Assembly (NCBI GenBank): GCA_963704245.1
Contig: CAVPHJ010000002.1
Location: 30,317-94,316, forward strand
Direction of reading: 5' to 3'
DNA from: an uncultured delta proteobacterium
Lineage (GTDB): Bacteria; Desulfobacterota; DSM-4660; Desulfatiglandales; Desulfatiglandaceae
DNA length: 64,000 nt
In this document: piece by piece, positions 1 through 9,110 of the stretch
Numbering within the stretch: position 1 is the first letter of the stretch
Layout of the letters: every line of letters begins with the position of its first letter
The notes under the pieces: generated by a model
Seen by the model: the letters and a program-made list of their open reading frames with translations, nothing else
Databases searched by the model: none
What the model was told of the DNA's origin: nothing
Program-made: the position numbers and the translations under genes

Positions 1-422
1 AGGAGTGGCTGCTGCGGGCGGTTCCCGGTCCGCAGGAAGAGCAGTTCACAGCTGAGGCTCGGGCGCTCTTCTGCGCGGCCAGCTTCAAGGTGACGCCCCA
101 TTCGGACCGCACCGGCATCCGGCTGGCCGGGCCGCGGCTCGAAACACCGCCCGGGACAGCGGACTCCATCATCTCCGAGGGCGTGGTGCCAGGCGCGGTC
201 CAGGTGCCCGGCGATTGCCAGCCCATCATCCTCCTCAATGAAACGGTGACCGGCGGGTACCGCAAGATCGCGGCCGTGATCAGCGCAGACCTCCATCTCC
301 TGGGCCAGGTGAAACCGGGAGACCGGGTGACGTTTCAGCTCTCGACCCTGGCGGAAGCCCGGGCGGCGTTGCAGGCGCTGGAACGGCAGGTCCGGGAAGT
401 CAGGCAGCGGTTCGCGGCCTGA
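1..422 (+). CDS. pxpC: 5-oxoprolinase subunit C / allophanate hydrolase subunit 2 family (KipA/PxpC), C-terminal part; 5' end outside window
   Basis: Frame 3 is open from base 3 to the stop at 420-422. Translation ...FKVTPHSDRTGIRLAGP...GVVPGAVQVPGDCQPIILLNETVTGGYRKIAAVISADL fits the SDRxGxRL / QxPxxGxPIxL / TxGGY pattern of this family. Confidence 0.75.
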   Translation, partial: EWLLRAVPGPQEEQFTAEARALFCAASFKVTPHSDRTGIRLAGPRLETPPGTADSIISEGVVPGAVQVPGDCQPIILLNETVTGGYRKIAAVISADLHLLGQVKPGDRVTFQLSTLAEARAALQALERQVREVRQRFAA

Positions 423-434
423 GCGCAGGCGGAC

Positions 435-1151
435 TCAGATCCCCAGGAAGGCGCTGCGGAAGAGATCGCTCTGGAGGAGTTCCCGGCCGGGCCCCTGGGC
501 CACGACCCTGCCGGTCTGCAGCACGTAACCGCGCTCGGCCAGATCGAGCGCCTCGCGCACGTTCTGCTCCACCAGCAGGATGGTCATGCCTTCGGCCTTG
601 AGCCGGCGGACCGTGTCCAGCACCTCGTCCACCAGCAGCGGAGCGAGCCCCAGCGAAGGCTCGTCCAGCATGAGCACCCGCGGCCGGGACATGAGCCCGC
701 GGCCGATGGCCACCATCTGCTGCTCGCCGCCGGAAAGGGTGGATGCGGGCTGCCGGCGGCGCTCCCTGAGCCGCGGGAAAAGCCGGTAGACAAACGCCAG
801 GTTGTCCCGGATGCGGTTCTGGTCGGAGAGCACGTAGGCTCCGAGCAGCAGGTTTTCCTCCACCGAAAGCGGCCGGAACAGCATCTTTTCCTCGGGCACG
901 TAGATGAGGCCCCGGCGGACGATTTCCTCGGTGCGCAGGTGCTGGATCTCGCGGCCGTCGAACAGGATGCGGCCCTTGAAGGCCCGCTGAGCGCCCATGA
1001 TGGCCCGCAGCAGGGTGGACTTGCCGGCCCCGTTGGCCCCCAGCACACACACGGTTTCCCCGCGGTCGAGGACCAGCGAAACCCCGTGGAGCACCGGCAG
1101 GCCGGAATAGCGGACCTGCAGATCCTCGATTTTCAGCAGCGCTGCGCTCAT
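435..1151 (-). CDS. livF: branched-chain amino acid ABC transporter ATP-binding protein, LivF type
   Basis: 238-aa ORF with Walker A GANGAGKST, ABC signature LSGGEQQM and Walker B VLMLDEPS. Last gene of a 5-gene minus-strand importer operon. Confidence 0.9.
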   Translation of the reverse strand: MSAALLKIEDLQVRYSGLPVLHGVSLVLDRGETVCVLGANGAGKSTLLRAIMGAQRAFKGRILFDGREIQHLRTEEIVRRGLIYVPEEKMLFRPLSVEENLLLGAYVLSDQNRIRDNLAFVYRLFPRLRERRRQPASTLSGGEQQMVAIGRGLMSRPRVLMLDEPSLGLAPLLVDEVLDTVRRLKAEGMTILLVEQNVREALDLAERGYVLQTGRVVAQGPGRELLQSDLFRSAFLGI

Positions 1152-1203
1152 GGGTCGGAGCCTTCCCTCCTCTCAGCCCGGGCTTTTTCCAGGCGCCGGG
1201 CAA

Positions 1204-1950
1204 TCAGCGGAAGTCGCCGGCGTGCTCGCGGACATAGCGTTCGCCCAGGTAGGCCTTCACCACCCGGGGGTCCCTGGCGATGGTTCCCGGGTCGCCGTCG
1301 GCGATCTTCTCCCCGTAGTCCAGCACGATCACCCGATGGCTCACCTTCATGACCAGTTCCATGACATGCTCGATGAGCATGACCGTCACCCCCAGATCGT
1401 GGTGGACTCCGGTGATGATCGCCAGGATGTCCTCGATCTCGGCGGGGTTCAGACCGGCCGCCACCTCATCCAGGAGGAGGAGCCTGGGAGCCGAGCCGAG
1501 GGCCGTAGCCAGGGTGACGCGCTTCTGGGCCGCCACCGTCAGTTCGCTCACCATGTGCCCGGAGAGTTCGCCGAGCCGCAGCTGCTGGAGGATCTCACGG
1601 GCGCGCTCACGCGCCCGGAGGCGCGAGCGGGTCCGCATGAAGCAGCCGACCATGACGTTTTCTTCCACGCTCAGGTCACCGGAGGCCGCGTAGACCTGAA
1701 AGGTCCGGGCCAGTCCCAGCCGGGCCACCTGGTGGGCTTTCAGGCCGCTGATGTCCCGGCCGTCGAAAATCACCCGGCCGCCGGTCAGCGGGTGGAGGCC
1801 TGAGATGCAATTGAAAAGCGTGGTCTTGCCGGCCCCGTTCGGCCCGATCAGGCCCACCAGCTCACCGGGCTCCAGGCGGAAGGAGATCCGGTTGTTGGCC
1901 CGCAGGCCGCCGAAGTCCTTGGTGAGTTCCTGAACTTCCAGCAGGGCCAT
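1204..1950 (-). CDS. livG: branched-chain amino acid ABC transporter ATP-binding protein, LivG type
   Basis: 248-aa ORF with Walker A GPNGAGKTT and Walker B LLLLDEVAAGLNP, typical of LivG. Its start overlaps the upstream permease stop by 1 nt. Confidence 0.9.
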   Translation of the reverse strand: MALLEVQELTKDFGGLRANNRISFRLEPGELVGLIGPNGAGKTTLFNCISGLHPLTGGRVIFDGRDISGLKAHQVARLGLARTFQVYAASGDLSVEENVMVGCFMRTRSRLRARERAREILQQLRLGELSGHMVSELTVAAQKRVTLATALGSAPRLLLLDEVAAGLNPAEIEDILAIITGVHHDLGVTVMLIEHVMELVMKVSHRVIVLDYGEKIADGDPGTIARDPRVVKAYLGERYVREHAGDFR

Positions 1951-2957
1951 CAGGTGCGTCTCCGGCGCCGCGCCTTTTGCACGATCCCCCAGATGCCCCG
2001 GGGCTCATAGGCCGAGATGACCATGATGATGAGGGCGTAGATGAGCAGATCGATGCCCGGCAGGCCGGCCTGGGCGCCGAGCCAGTCCTTCAGGTAACTC
2101 TTGAGCGGAATGAGCACCGCGGCCCCGATGATGGGACCCCACAGCGAACCGGCGCCGCCCAGCATGGCCATGAGAGCGATCAGGATCGAGATGTTCAGGC
2201 TCATGGTGTCTTCCGGCTCGATGTTCTTGATGTAGCAGGCGTGGAAAGAGCCCACCAGGCTCACGAAGGCCGTGGCGATGGCATAGGTCTTGATCTTGGC
2301 CCACAGGACGTTGATCCCCAGGGAACGCGCCACCTCCTCGTTGTCCTTGATGCAGCGCAGCTGGAAGCCCAACCGCGATTTGCGGAACCAGTTGACGTAG
2401 AAGATGCCGAGAAAGAAAAACCCGAGCAGAACATAGTAATAGTAGATGTCTTCTTTGAAGATGAGCCGCAGGAAATCCGGCGGCCGGTACCGAATGGGAG
2501 AGATCTCCAGGCCCCGGGCCGCGCCGACAAAGTCCCAGACCTCGAAGATATCCTTGAGCACCAGCGAAGTGGCGATGGTGGCGATGGCGAAGTAGTGGCC
2601 CTTGAGCCGGAAAAGGGGGTAGCCCAGGATGAAGGACCAGAGCACCGCCAGCAGCATTCCCATTGGCATGGAAACCCAGAACGGAATGTCCCAGTAGATG
2701 AGCATGGCCGCGGTGGTGTAGGCGCCGATGCCCACGTACTGGGCCTTGCCCAGGTCCACCTGGCCGCCGTAGCCGCCGATGGTGTTCCAGCCCATGCCGT
2801 AGAGGGAGAACATGAGGAACTGGATCATGGTGGCCATGGCGAAGGAAGAGAGCGGGAACAGGGGGAAGACCAGCAGGAACAGGGCCAGCAGGCCGGCGAT
2901 ACTCAGGTCCAGCCGCGGGAAATCGGAGAAGTCGAGGGCACTCCTCAGGACTTCCAT
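1950..2957 (-). CDS. livM: branched-chain amino acid ABC transporter permease, LivM type
   Basis: 335-aa polytopic membrane ORF (...GGQVDLGKAQYVGIGAYT...). Overlaps the livH-like ORF by 13 nt. Confidence 0.85.
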   Translation of the reverse strand: MEVLRSALDFSDFPRLDLSIAGLLALFLLVFPLFPLSSFAMATMIQFLMFSLYGMGWNTIGGYGGQVDLGKAQYVGIGAYTTAAMLIYWDIPFWVSMPMGMLLAVLWSFILGYPLFRLKGHYFAIATIATSLVLKDIFEVWDFVGAARGLEISPIRYRPPDFLRLIFKEDIYYYYVLLGFFFLGIFYVNWFRKSRLGFQLRCIKDNEEVARSLGINVLWAKIKTYAIATAFVSLVGSFHACYIKNIEPEDTMSLNISILIALMAMLGGAGSLWGPIIGAAVLIPLKSYLKDWLGAQAGLPGIDLLIYALIIMVISAYEPRGIWGIVQKARRRRRT

Positions 2958-3859
2958 CCGAAAAGCCCCCTCGGCCGCAGCACCATGATGAGGAAATAGG
3001 CCAGGTACAACCAGGTGTACTTGAAGGAGGTCATGGGCACGTCGGCCATCCAGTCAAGATTGAAGGTGTAGGTGAAGAAGTCCCAGATGCCCGGGATTTC
3101 CGTGATCAGCCCCACCACCAGCCCGGCGAAGAAGGCCCCGGGCACGCTGCCGAACCCCCCCAGGGCCACGATGGTGAAGGCGATCATGGTGAAGAGCAGC
3201 CCGACGAAGGGATTGACCGACCAGAAGTTGACGATCAGGGCGCCGGCGATGGTCACCGAGGTGCCGCCGATGCCCCAGGCCAGGGCGTTCATGCGCTCGG
3301 TGGGAATGCCCATGTAGCGGGCCGCCTGGGGGTTGAGGGCGGTGGCGGTCAAGGCCTTGCCCGTCCGGGTGCGGTTGATCAGCAGCCAGACTGCCAGGAA
3401 GGAAAAAACCGAGAGCAGGGCGGCCGCCAGCTTGGTGGCCGGGATGACCACGCCCATGCCGAGCACGAAGCTCTTGTCCACCAGCAGGCCGTGGTGCAGG
3501 GCGCGGTCCTCGGAGCCGAAGATCAGGAACGCCAGGTTGCGGAGGAAGAGCATGAGCCCGAAGGTCCCCAGGAGCTGGGCCACCATGGGCCCCCGCAGCA
3601 GGAATTTCACGAAGCCCACGTAGCAGAGGACGCCCAGCAGGAAACCCACCAGAGCGGCCGCCGGCAGAGTGAAAAGCGGGTCCAGGCCGGTGGCCTGGGC
3701 GGTCAGGAGACCGGTATACATGCCGATCATGAGGAACTCGCCGTGGGCGAAGTTCACGATGTCCATGACCCCGAAGATGATCGTCAGCCCCAGGGCGACC
3801 AGGGCCAGCACCATGCCGATCAGGACTGCGGCCGCAAGTGAGCCGATCAGGATATCCAT
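2945..3859 (-). CDS. livH: branched-chain amino acid ABC transporter permease, LivH type
   Basis: 304-aa polytopic membrane ORF (...FGVMDIVNFAHGEFLMIGMY...). Confidence 0.85.
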   Translation of the reverse strand: MDILIGSLAAAVLIGMVLALVALGLTIIFGVMDIVNFAHGEFLMIGMYTGLLTAQATGLDPLFTLPAAALVGFLLGVLCYVGFVKFLLRGPMVAQLLGTFGLMLFLRNLAFLIFGSEDRALHHGLLVDKSFVLGMGVVIPATKLAAALLSVFSFLAVWLLINRTRTGKALTATALNPQAARYMGIPTERMNALAWGIGGTSVTIAGALIVNFWSVNPFVGLLFTMIAFTIVALGGFGSVPGAFFAGLVVGLITEIPGIWDFFTYTFNLDWMADVPMTSFKYTWLYLAYFLIMVLRPRGLFGWKS

Positions 3860-3960
3860 GACGAACTCCGGGCGACTGCCTTCTGCAGTACCCGCCCTCC
3901 CCGCACGGCGGGGAGGGCGGGAGAAACGCTCTTTCGTACCAACGTCCCCTTAACCGGCTG

Positions 3961-5274
3961 CTAGTAGCCGGGGAAGGGGTAGATCATATTGGCCGAGGTG
4001 ACGTCGAAGGGGTAGACGATTTCAAGCCCCACCGAGCCGTCGGCCAGTTTCTGGTACTGGCCGATGAGCCCGGAGCCCAGCACGTTCTGCCCGAGCTCGT
4101 CCCCGGTGGTGGAAAACTTGATCCCCGCCCACGGTACCACCAGCTCGCTGCCCGGGATGTGGATCGCATTGGCCGCGGCCTGGATGTCGGCCGGCTTGGT
4201 GGAGCCGGCCTTCTCCAGCACATGCACCCAGGTCTGCAGACCGGTGAAGGAGCGGGCCGAGGCCCCGGAGAAATCGTTGCCGGTCTTGGCCTTGTACATG
4301 CTGTTGACCTGGCCGGCGATGGGCTTGACCTCCACCACCTTGGGGAGAAACACCGTGCGGGTCAGGACGCCGACAATGGAATCACCCAGGGTGCTGCGGA
4401 ACTCGGGCGTTTCAAAGCCCGCGTCCTGTCCCCACAGGACCTTGGGCGTGACCTTCTGCGCCTTGAGGGTCTTGAGCATCAGAATGGCGTCCGAGGTGTA
4501 GGAGGCAAACAGCATCACATCGGCCCGCGCCGCCATCATGGAGCGGACCTCGCTCGAAAGATCCGGCGATTCCTTGGCATAGAGCAGGGACTTGCGGAGG
4601 TTGAAGCCGTACTCCTTGGCAAAGCTCTCGATCAGGCTCGAGACGTGGGAGCCCCACTCGGTCTTTTCGCAGGCCGAGGCCAGGTTGCTGATCTCGGCCT
4701 TGGGCACCGCCGCCACGCCCTTGACCTTGCCTTCGGTCAGGCCCTTGAGAAGTTCGAAAAGGTCCTTGGTGAACCACTTGTCGTGCGGGGTGGTCCGCCA
4801 GAACCACTTGAAGCCCCGTTCGGTGAGGGGCGGCGAGGTGGAAGAGCCGTTGATCATGGGTACGCCGTACTGCTCGGCGACCGCGCTGACCGTCTTGGTG
4901 ACCGAGCTGTGGTAGCAGCCCAGGATGCCGTCCACTTTGTCGTCCAGGATGAGCTTCTTGGCCAGGTCGGCCCCCAGGGTGGGGTTTCCCTCGTGGTCCT
5001 TGAAGATGACGGTGATCTTGGCGCCCCCCAGGCTCTGGACGCCGGCGTTCTTGGCCATGGTCATGGGCAGGTCGGCCATGGCGCTGTTGGCGATTTCAAC
5101 CGCCAGTTCGACCCCGGCGCGCAGCTCGCGGCCGGCGGCGGCCGCCCCGCCGGTCAGGGGGTAGATGGCGCCGATCTTGATCTCGGCAACCGCCGCGGCG
5201 CCGGCCGGCAGCAGCAAGCCGACGAGCGCCAGGAGCCCCAGAAAAAGGCCTGCAAATCTGAAATTGGTTTTCAT
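3961..5274 (-). CDS. ABC transporter substrate-binding protein (Leu/Ile/Val-binding-like, type 1 periplasmic binding fold)
   Basis: The track ORF runs to 5442, but AAGGAGG sits 7 nt upstream of the ATG at 5274. From there MKTNFRFAGLFLGLLALVGLLLPAGAAA is a signal peptide. First gene of the liv-type operon. Confidence 0.85.
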   Translation of the reverse strand: MKTNFRFAGLFLGLLALVGLLLPAGAAAVAEIKIGAIYPLTGGAAAAGRELRAGVELAVEIANSAMADLPMTMAKNAGVQSLGGAKITVIFKDHEGNPTLGADLAKKLILDDKVDGILGCYHSSVTKTVSAVAEQYGVPMINGSSTSPPLTERGFKWFWRTTPHDKWFTKDLFELLKGLTEGKVKGVAAVPKAEISNLASACEKTEWGSHVSSLIESFAKEYGFNLRKSLLYAKESPDLSSEVRSMMAARADVMLFASYTSDAILMLKTLKAQKVTPKVLWGQDAGFETPEFRSTLGDSIVGVLTRTVFLPKVVEVKPIAGQVNSMYKAKTGNDFSGASARSFTGLQTWVHVLEKAGSTKPADIQAAANAIHIPGSELVVPWAGIKFSTTGDELGQNVLGSGLIGQYQKLADGSVGLEIVYPFDVTSANMIYPFPGY

Positions 5275-5450
5275 CTTGAAACCTCCTTGGCTTGGGGTTC
5301 GGTCAAAACGTCCGGAAAGGACGAACCGTTTCTCACACTGCGGCGGCTTCCGGCGGGCCGGCAGCCGCCGGCGCTGAGGTTGAAAGGGGAGGAAGAAGGG
5401 CAGCCCCGGCCGAAAGAGGGCTCCAGGGCCGAGAGCTTTCACACCCGGAC

Positions 5451-5480
5451 ACTATAGAAAAAGCCCTTGACCCGTGTCAA
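5451..5480 (-). promoter_or_regulatory. sigma70-like promoter of the liv-type operon
   Basis: On the minus strand: TTGACA (5480-5475), 18 nt, TATAGT (5456-5451). It lies about 175 nt upstream of the binding-protein ATG. Confidence 0.45.
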
Positions 5481-5506
5481 CCGGGTCGCGCCGGGGGACG
5501 AGGATC

Positions 5507-6292
5507 TCAGAAGAGGGTCATCTGCTCGTCCCGCAGGTCGGACACGAACATGTGGCCGGGAGCGTGGGTGATGACCAGCGGCAGGTCGGCCGAGGTGGCC
5601 GCCAGGATGCCGGTGACCCCGCAGGCCCAGAACACCGGGATCTCCTCCGGCCGGATGGACACCGGGTCGCCGAAATCGGGCCGGCCCAGGTCGGGGACCC
5701 CGATGGCTTCCGGGGCGCCGAAATGGAGCGGCGCCCCGTGGGTAAGGTGAAAGCGAGTGGTGACCTGAACCGCCCGCACGGCGGCCTGCGGGGTCATTGG
5801 CCGCATGGAGACCACCATGGGCGTGGCGAAGCGCCCCGCCGGGCGGCAGGCCAGGCTGGTGAGATACATGGAGACGTTCCTGTTTTCCTCCAGGTTGCGG
5901 ATCGGGATGCCGGCGGCCAGCAGGGCGTTCTCGAAGGAGAAGCTGCAGCCCAGCAGGAAGCTCACCAGGCCTTCGTGAAACCGATCGCGGACGCTGTCGA
6001 CTTCCTCCTTGAGACGGCCCTTTTCATAGACCCGGTAGCGGGGCAGATCGGTGCGCAGGTCGGCGCCGGGGGCGATCCGCGGCTCCACCTGCCCGGGCTC
6101 CAGCACGTCCAGGATGGGGCAGGGGCGCGGATTGCGGACGCAGAAGAGCAGGAAGTCGAAGGCCGCTTCGCGGGGGACCATGACCAGGTTGGCCTGGACC
6201 GCGCCGGCGGCCAGGCCGCTGGTGGGGGAAGCCCAGTCCCCGGATCGGATGAGGGCCCGCAATTCGGCCGGGCCGAGGTCGCTTGGGTTCAT
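5507..6292 (-). CDS. UPF0317/DUF1445 putative hydro-lyase (D-glutamate cyclase-like family)
   Basis: 261-aa ORF. ...LRALIRSGDWASPTSGLAAGAVQANLVMVPREAAFDFLLFCVRNPRPCPILDV... is the recognisable DUF1445 N-terminal signature. Confidence 0.75.
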   Translation of the reverse strand: MNPSDLGPAELRALIRSGDWASPTSGLAAGAVQANLVMVPREAAFDFLLFCVRNPRPCPILDVLEPGQVEPRIAPGADLRTDLPRYRVYEKGRLKEEVDSVRDRFHEGLVSFLLGCSFSFENALLAAGIPIRNLEENRNVSMYLTSLACRPAGRFATPMVVSMRPMTPQAAVRAVQVTTRFHLTHGAPLHFGAPEAIGVPDLGRPDFGDPVSIRPEEIPVFWACGVTGILAATSADLPLVITHAPGHMFVSDLRDEQMTLF

Positions 6293-7017
6293 GCTGCCTT
6301 GGATCCCCCTTTCAACGGCTCGATTCTGTAGGCTTCCAGGAGATCGCCGGAGCGCCGGGCGGCCAGGACGAAGTCGAAGAGATCGCGCTGGAGGCAGAAA
6401 ATCGGGTCCTCCCGGGGCAGATACTCCCGGGTGCCGAGAACGAATTTCTGGGCCGTGGGCTGAAACACGACATCGCGCAGGGTCTCCACCGCGCGGTAGG
6501 GGGTCCCGCAGAGCAGGTGCTCCAGGTAGTCGGCGCAGGCTTCGTCTTCGGGGGCTTTTTCCTGTGCCCGGTCGCCCATGGCCACCAGCGTCACCTGCCG
6601 CGGGTTCCTGCCCCGGATGTGATCCGCAATGGCGCGCGCCATGACGAAGCTGCCCAGCAGCACGGTCTCGGCCCGGTCCATGGCGGCGGCCACGCCGGTG
6701 ACGCCGGCGGTGGTCCGGTGAACGACCGTCCTGCCTTGGAGAAAAGGCCTGCCCTTGCGCGCGATCTGGGAGGGCGAATTCCCCAGGTCCGCGTCCGCCA
6801 GGGGTACCTCGTTCACCTCGCCCACCAGGAGGTAGTCCGGGTTGTCGCGCTTCAGAGCCCGGGCAGCCTCGGGATCCGCCGCCAGGATGACGCGCCGGGC
6901 GCCGAAGTGGAAAAAGAGCGGGGCGCAGGAGAAGGCCCGGAACACGTCGATGATCACCACCAGGCCCTCGGCTTCACGGGCGCCCCGGGCGCAGCTGCTG
7001 CGGAGGATGTCCATCAC
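6289..7017 (-). CDS. ComB-family protein (2-phosphosulfolactate phosphatase-like)
   Basis: 242-aa ORF. ...VVIIDVFRAFSCAPLFF...YLLVGEVNEVPLADADLGNSPSQI... resembles the ComB family. It overlaps the downstream DUF1445 gene by 4 nt. Confidence 0.65.
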   Translation of the reverse strand: MMDILRSSCARGAREAEGLVVIIDVFRAFSCAPLFFHFGARRVILAADPEAARALKRDNPDYLLVGEVNEVPLADADLGNSPSQIARKGRPFLQGRTVVHRTTAGVTGVAAAMDRAETVLLGSFVMARAIADHIRGRNPRQVTLVAMGDRAQEKAPEDEACADYLEHLLCGTPYRAVETLRDVVFQPTAQKFVLGTREYLPREDPIFCLQRDLFDFVLAARRSGDLLEAYRIEPLKGGSKAA

Positions 7018-7059
7018 CGCGGTCCTGCTGAAACGGGCGGCATCGCCGCCGCGGCCGGG

Positions 7060-8145
7060 TCAGCCGGCACGCTTCTCGAATTCCGCCATGAAGGCCGCCA
7101 GGTCCGCTACCGCGTCCATCCCGGTGGCGTTGTAGAGAGATGCCCGGCAGCCGCCCACCGAACGGTGTCCTTTCAACCCGCCCAGCCCCTGTTTGAGGGC
7201 TTCGGCCACGAACCGGGCTTCCAGTTCCTCGCTGGGCAAGCGGAAGGTGACGTTCATCAGGGAGCGGCTGTCTTTGGCCGCCGTGCCGCGGTAGAAAGAA
7301 GATCCGTCGATGCGGTCGTAGATCAGGCGCGCCTTTTCGCGGTTGATGCGCTCCATCTCGTCCAGACCGCCGACGGTTTCTTCGAGCCACTTCAGCACCA
7401 GGCTGATCACGTAGATCACGAAACAGGGAGGCGTGTTGTACAAGCTGTTGGACTCCGCAAAGGTGCTGTAGCGGAGCATGGTGGGGATCCCGTCGGGGGC
7501 CCGTTCCAGCATGTCCCGGCGGATGATGACCAGGGCGGCGCCGGCCGGGCCGATGTTCTTCTGCGCGCCGGCGTAGATAAGGCCGAAAGGCCGGACGTCG
7601 AAGGGCCGGCTCAGGAAATCCGAAGACATGTCGCTCACCAGGGGCACTTCGCCGCTCTCCGGAAAGGCCGCCCACTGGGTGCCCTTGATGGTGTTGTTGG
7701 AAGTGAAATGCAGAAAGGCGGCCTGTCCGTCGAAGTCGAAACCCTTGGGGATATAGGAGAAACCGGCGTCTTCCGAGGAGGCCAGGACGCGCACGGTCTT
7801 GCCCTGCAGCCGGGCCTCCTTGATGGCCTTGGTGGACCAGGTGCCGGTGTTGACGTAGTCGAGCGGCTTCCGGCCTACGGCCAGGTTCATGGGGATCATG
7901 CAGAACTGCAGGCTGGCGCCGCCCTGGATGAAAAGCACCCGGAAGTCGTCGCCCAGCCGGAGCAGCCTTCCGGTCCTGGCGACCGCGTCGTTGATCACCT
8001 CGTCAAAGCCCTTGGACCGATGGCTCATCTCCAGGATGGACATGCCGGAGCCGCGGAAGTCCAGCAGTTCGGCCTGGGTTTGCTCCAGGACCGGCAGCGG
8101 CAGGGCCGCCGGACCGGCGTTGAAGTTGTGAATCCGCTCTCCCAT
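7060..8145 (-). CDS. serC: phosphoserine aminotransferase
   Basis: 361-aa ORF. MGERIHNFNAGPAALPLPVLEQTQAELLDFRGSGMSILEMSHRSK... is a typical SerC N-terminus. Confidence 0.9.
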   Translation of the reverse strand: MGERIHNFNAGPAALPLPVLEQTQAELLDFRGSGMSILEMSHRSKGFDEVINDAVARTGRLLRLGDDFRVLFIQGGASLQFCMIPMNLAVGRKPLDYVNTGTWSTKAIKEARLQGKTVRVLASSEDAGFSYIPKGFDFDGQAAFLHFTSNNTIKGTQWAAFPESGEVPLVSDMSSDFLSRPFDVRPFGLIYAGAQKNIGPAGAALVIIRRDMLERAPDGIPTMLRYSTFAESNSLYNTPPCFVIYVISLVLKWLEETVGGLDEMERINREKARLIYDRIDGSSFYRGTAAKDSRSLMNVTFRLPSEELEARFVAEALKQGLGGLKGHRSVGGCRASLYNATGMDAVADLAAFMAEFEKRAG

Positions 8146-8164
8146 GTTCAGCCTCCTCCAGAGA

Positions 8165-8926
8165 TTAGGCCTCCAGCTTCTCCATCATCGCCCTGACGGC
8201 CACCAGGGTCTCGGCATCGGTTTCAAATGGCGGGCGGCCCCCCAGGTCGGCCTCCAAAATCGCGGCGCGAAAGGGAATGAAGCCCAGGAAGTCGAACCCC
8301 GGCATCTGCTCAAGCAGGAATTCCCGGTCCGAGTCGCCGCGGATCTTGTTGCCTACGAAGCTCAGACTGCGAACCCCGATGTCGCTGGCCAGGCGGCGGA
8401 CCTGGAACGCGGTTTCGATGCTGCGCCGGCCCGGTTCCACCACCACCACCAGGCGGTCGACGGCCGTGGCGGTACCTCTTCCGAGGTGCTCCAGCCCGGC
8501 CTCCATGTCGAGCACCACCACCTCGTCGCGGGCCAGCACGATGTGACGGACCAGATTCTTGAGCAGGGTGCTTTCCGGGCACACGCAGCCGGCCCCGCCC
8601 TTCTTGACCCCGCCCATCACCATGAGCCGGATGCCGTCGATCTTGACCGATAGCCGGTCGGGGAGGTCGTCGACCCGGGGGTTGAGTTTGAACATGCCCC
8701 CCATGGTGCCGAGCTTGGTCTCGGTGCGCTCCTCGATCAGTTCTTTCATCCGGGAAATCGGCACGATGGTTCCCGGCTCTGCCACCCCGAGCGCCTGGGC
8801 CAGGTTGGCGTCCGGGTCGGCGTCGATCGCCAGTACCTTCTTGCCGCCGTCCGCCAGGGCCCGGATGAGAAAAGCCGCGAAGGTGGTCTTGCCTACCCCG
8901 CCTTTGCCGCTGACCGCGATTTTCAT
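8165..8926 (-). CDS. cooC: CooC-type nickel-insertion ATPase (CO dehydrogenase maturation factor family)
   Basis: 253-aa ORF with deviant Walker A GKGGVGKTT and the CxC metal motif GAGCVCPES. Confidence 0.8.
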   Translation of the reverse strand: MKIAVSGKGGVGKTTFAAFLIRALADGGKKVLAIDADPDANLAQALGVAEPGTIVPISRMKELIEERTETKLGTMGGMFKLNPRVDDLPDRLSVKIDGIRLMVMGGVKKGGAGCVCPESTLLKNLVRHIVLARDEVVVLDMEAGLEHLGRGTATAVDRLVVVVEPGRRSIETAFQVRRLASDIGVRSLSFVGNKIRGDSDREFLLEQMPGFDFLGFIPFRAAILEADLGGRPPFETDAETLVAVRAMMEKLEA

Positions 8927-8964
8927 GATCTCTCTTCCTTGACGCGATTTGGTTGGAAGATCAG

Positions 8965-8994
8965 AACATAGAGGAAAGCGGACGCTTTTTTCAA
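8965..8994 (-). promoter_or_regulatory. sigma70-like promoter of cooC-serC block
   Basis: On the minus strand: TTGAAA (8994-8989), 18 nt, TATGTT (8970-8965). The -10 is 39 nt upstream of the cooC ATG. Confidence 0.4.
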
Positions 8995-9035
8995 GTCCAA
9001 AATGTTCTCAAGCGCCGGGTTCCCTGCAGAGTCGG

Positions 9036-9065
9036 TTTACAAGACCGGCCCTCCGCCGGTACACT
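9036..9065 (+). promoter_or_regulatory. sigma70-like promoter of the ZnuA-like gene
   Basis: TTTACA (9036-9041), 18 nt, TACACT (9060-9065). It lies about 45 nt upstream of the ATG at 9111. Confidence 0.35.
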
Positions 9066-9110
9066 GACCGCGACAGGGTCGATCACAGGCATGCAGAGGG
9101 AGGTCATCCC

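Noticed and set aside
5304-5323. Terminator-like hairpin (CGTCC-loop-GGACG plus T4 on the minus strand) in the ~175-nt liv leader, and a similar GCGGG/CCCGC plus T5 hairpin at 21423-21446 in the RsbRD_N-dsr leader, as possible attenuators or riboswitch expression platforms.
   Set aside because: The stems are only 5 bp. I see no recognisable aptamer, leader peptide or alternative antiterminator. This is too weak to call without covariation or Rfam evidence.
8963-9008. Inverted repeat AGAACAT ... ATGTTCT in the cooC/ZnuA-like spacer as a Zur/Fur-type operator.
   Set aside because: The half-sites are about 32 nt apart and do not resemble known Zur or Fur boxes. The left half is simply the -10 region of the predicted cooC promoter.
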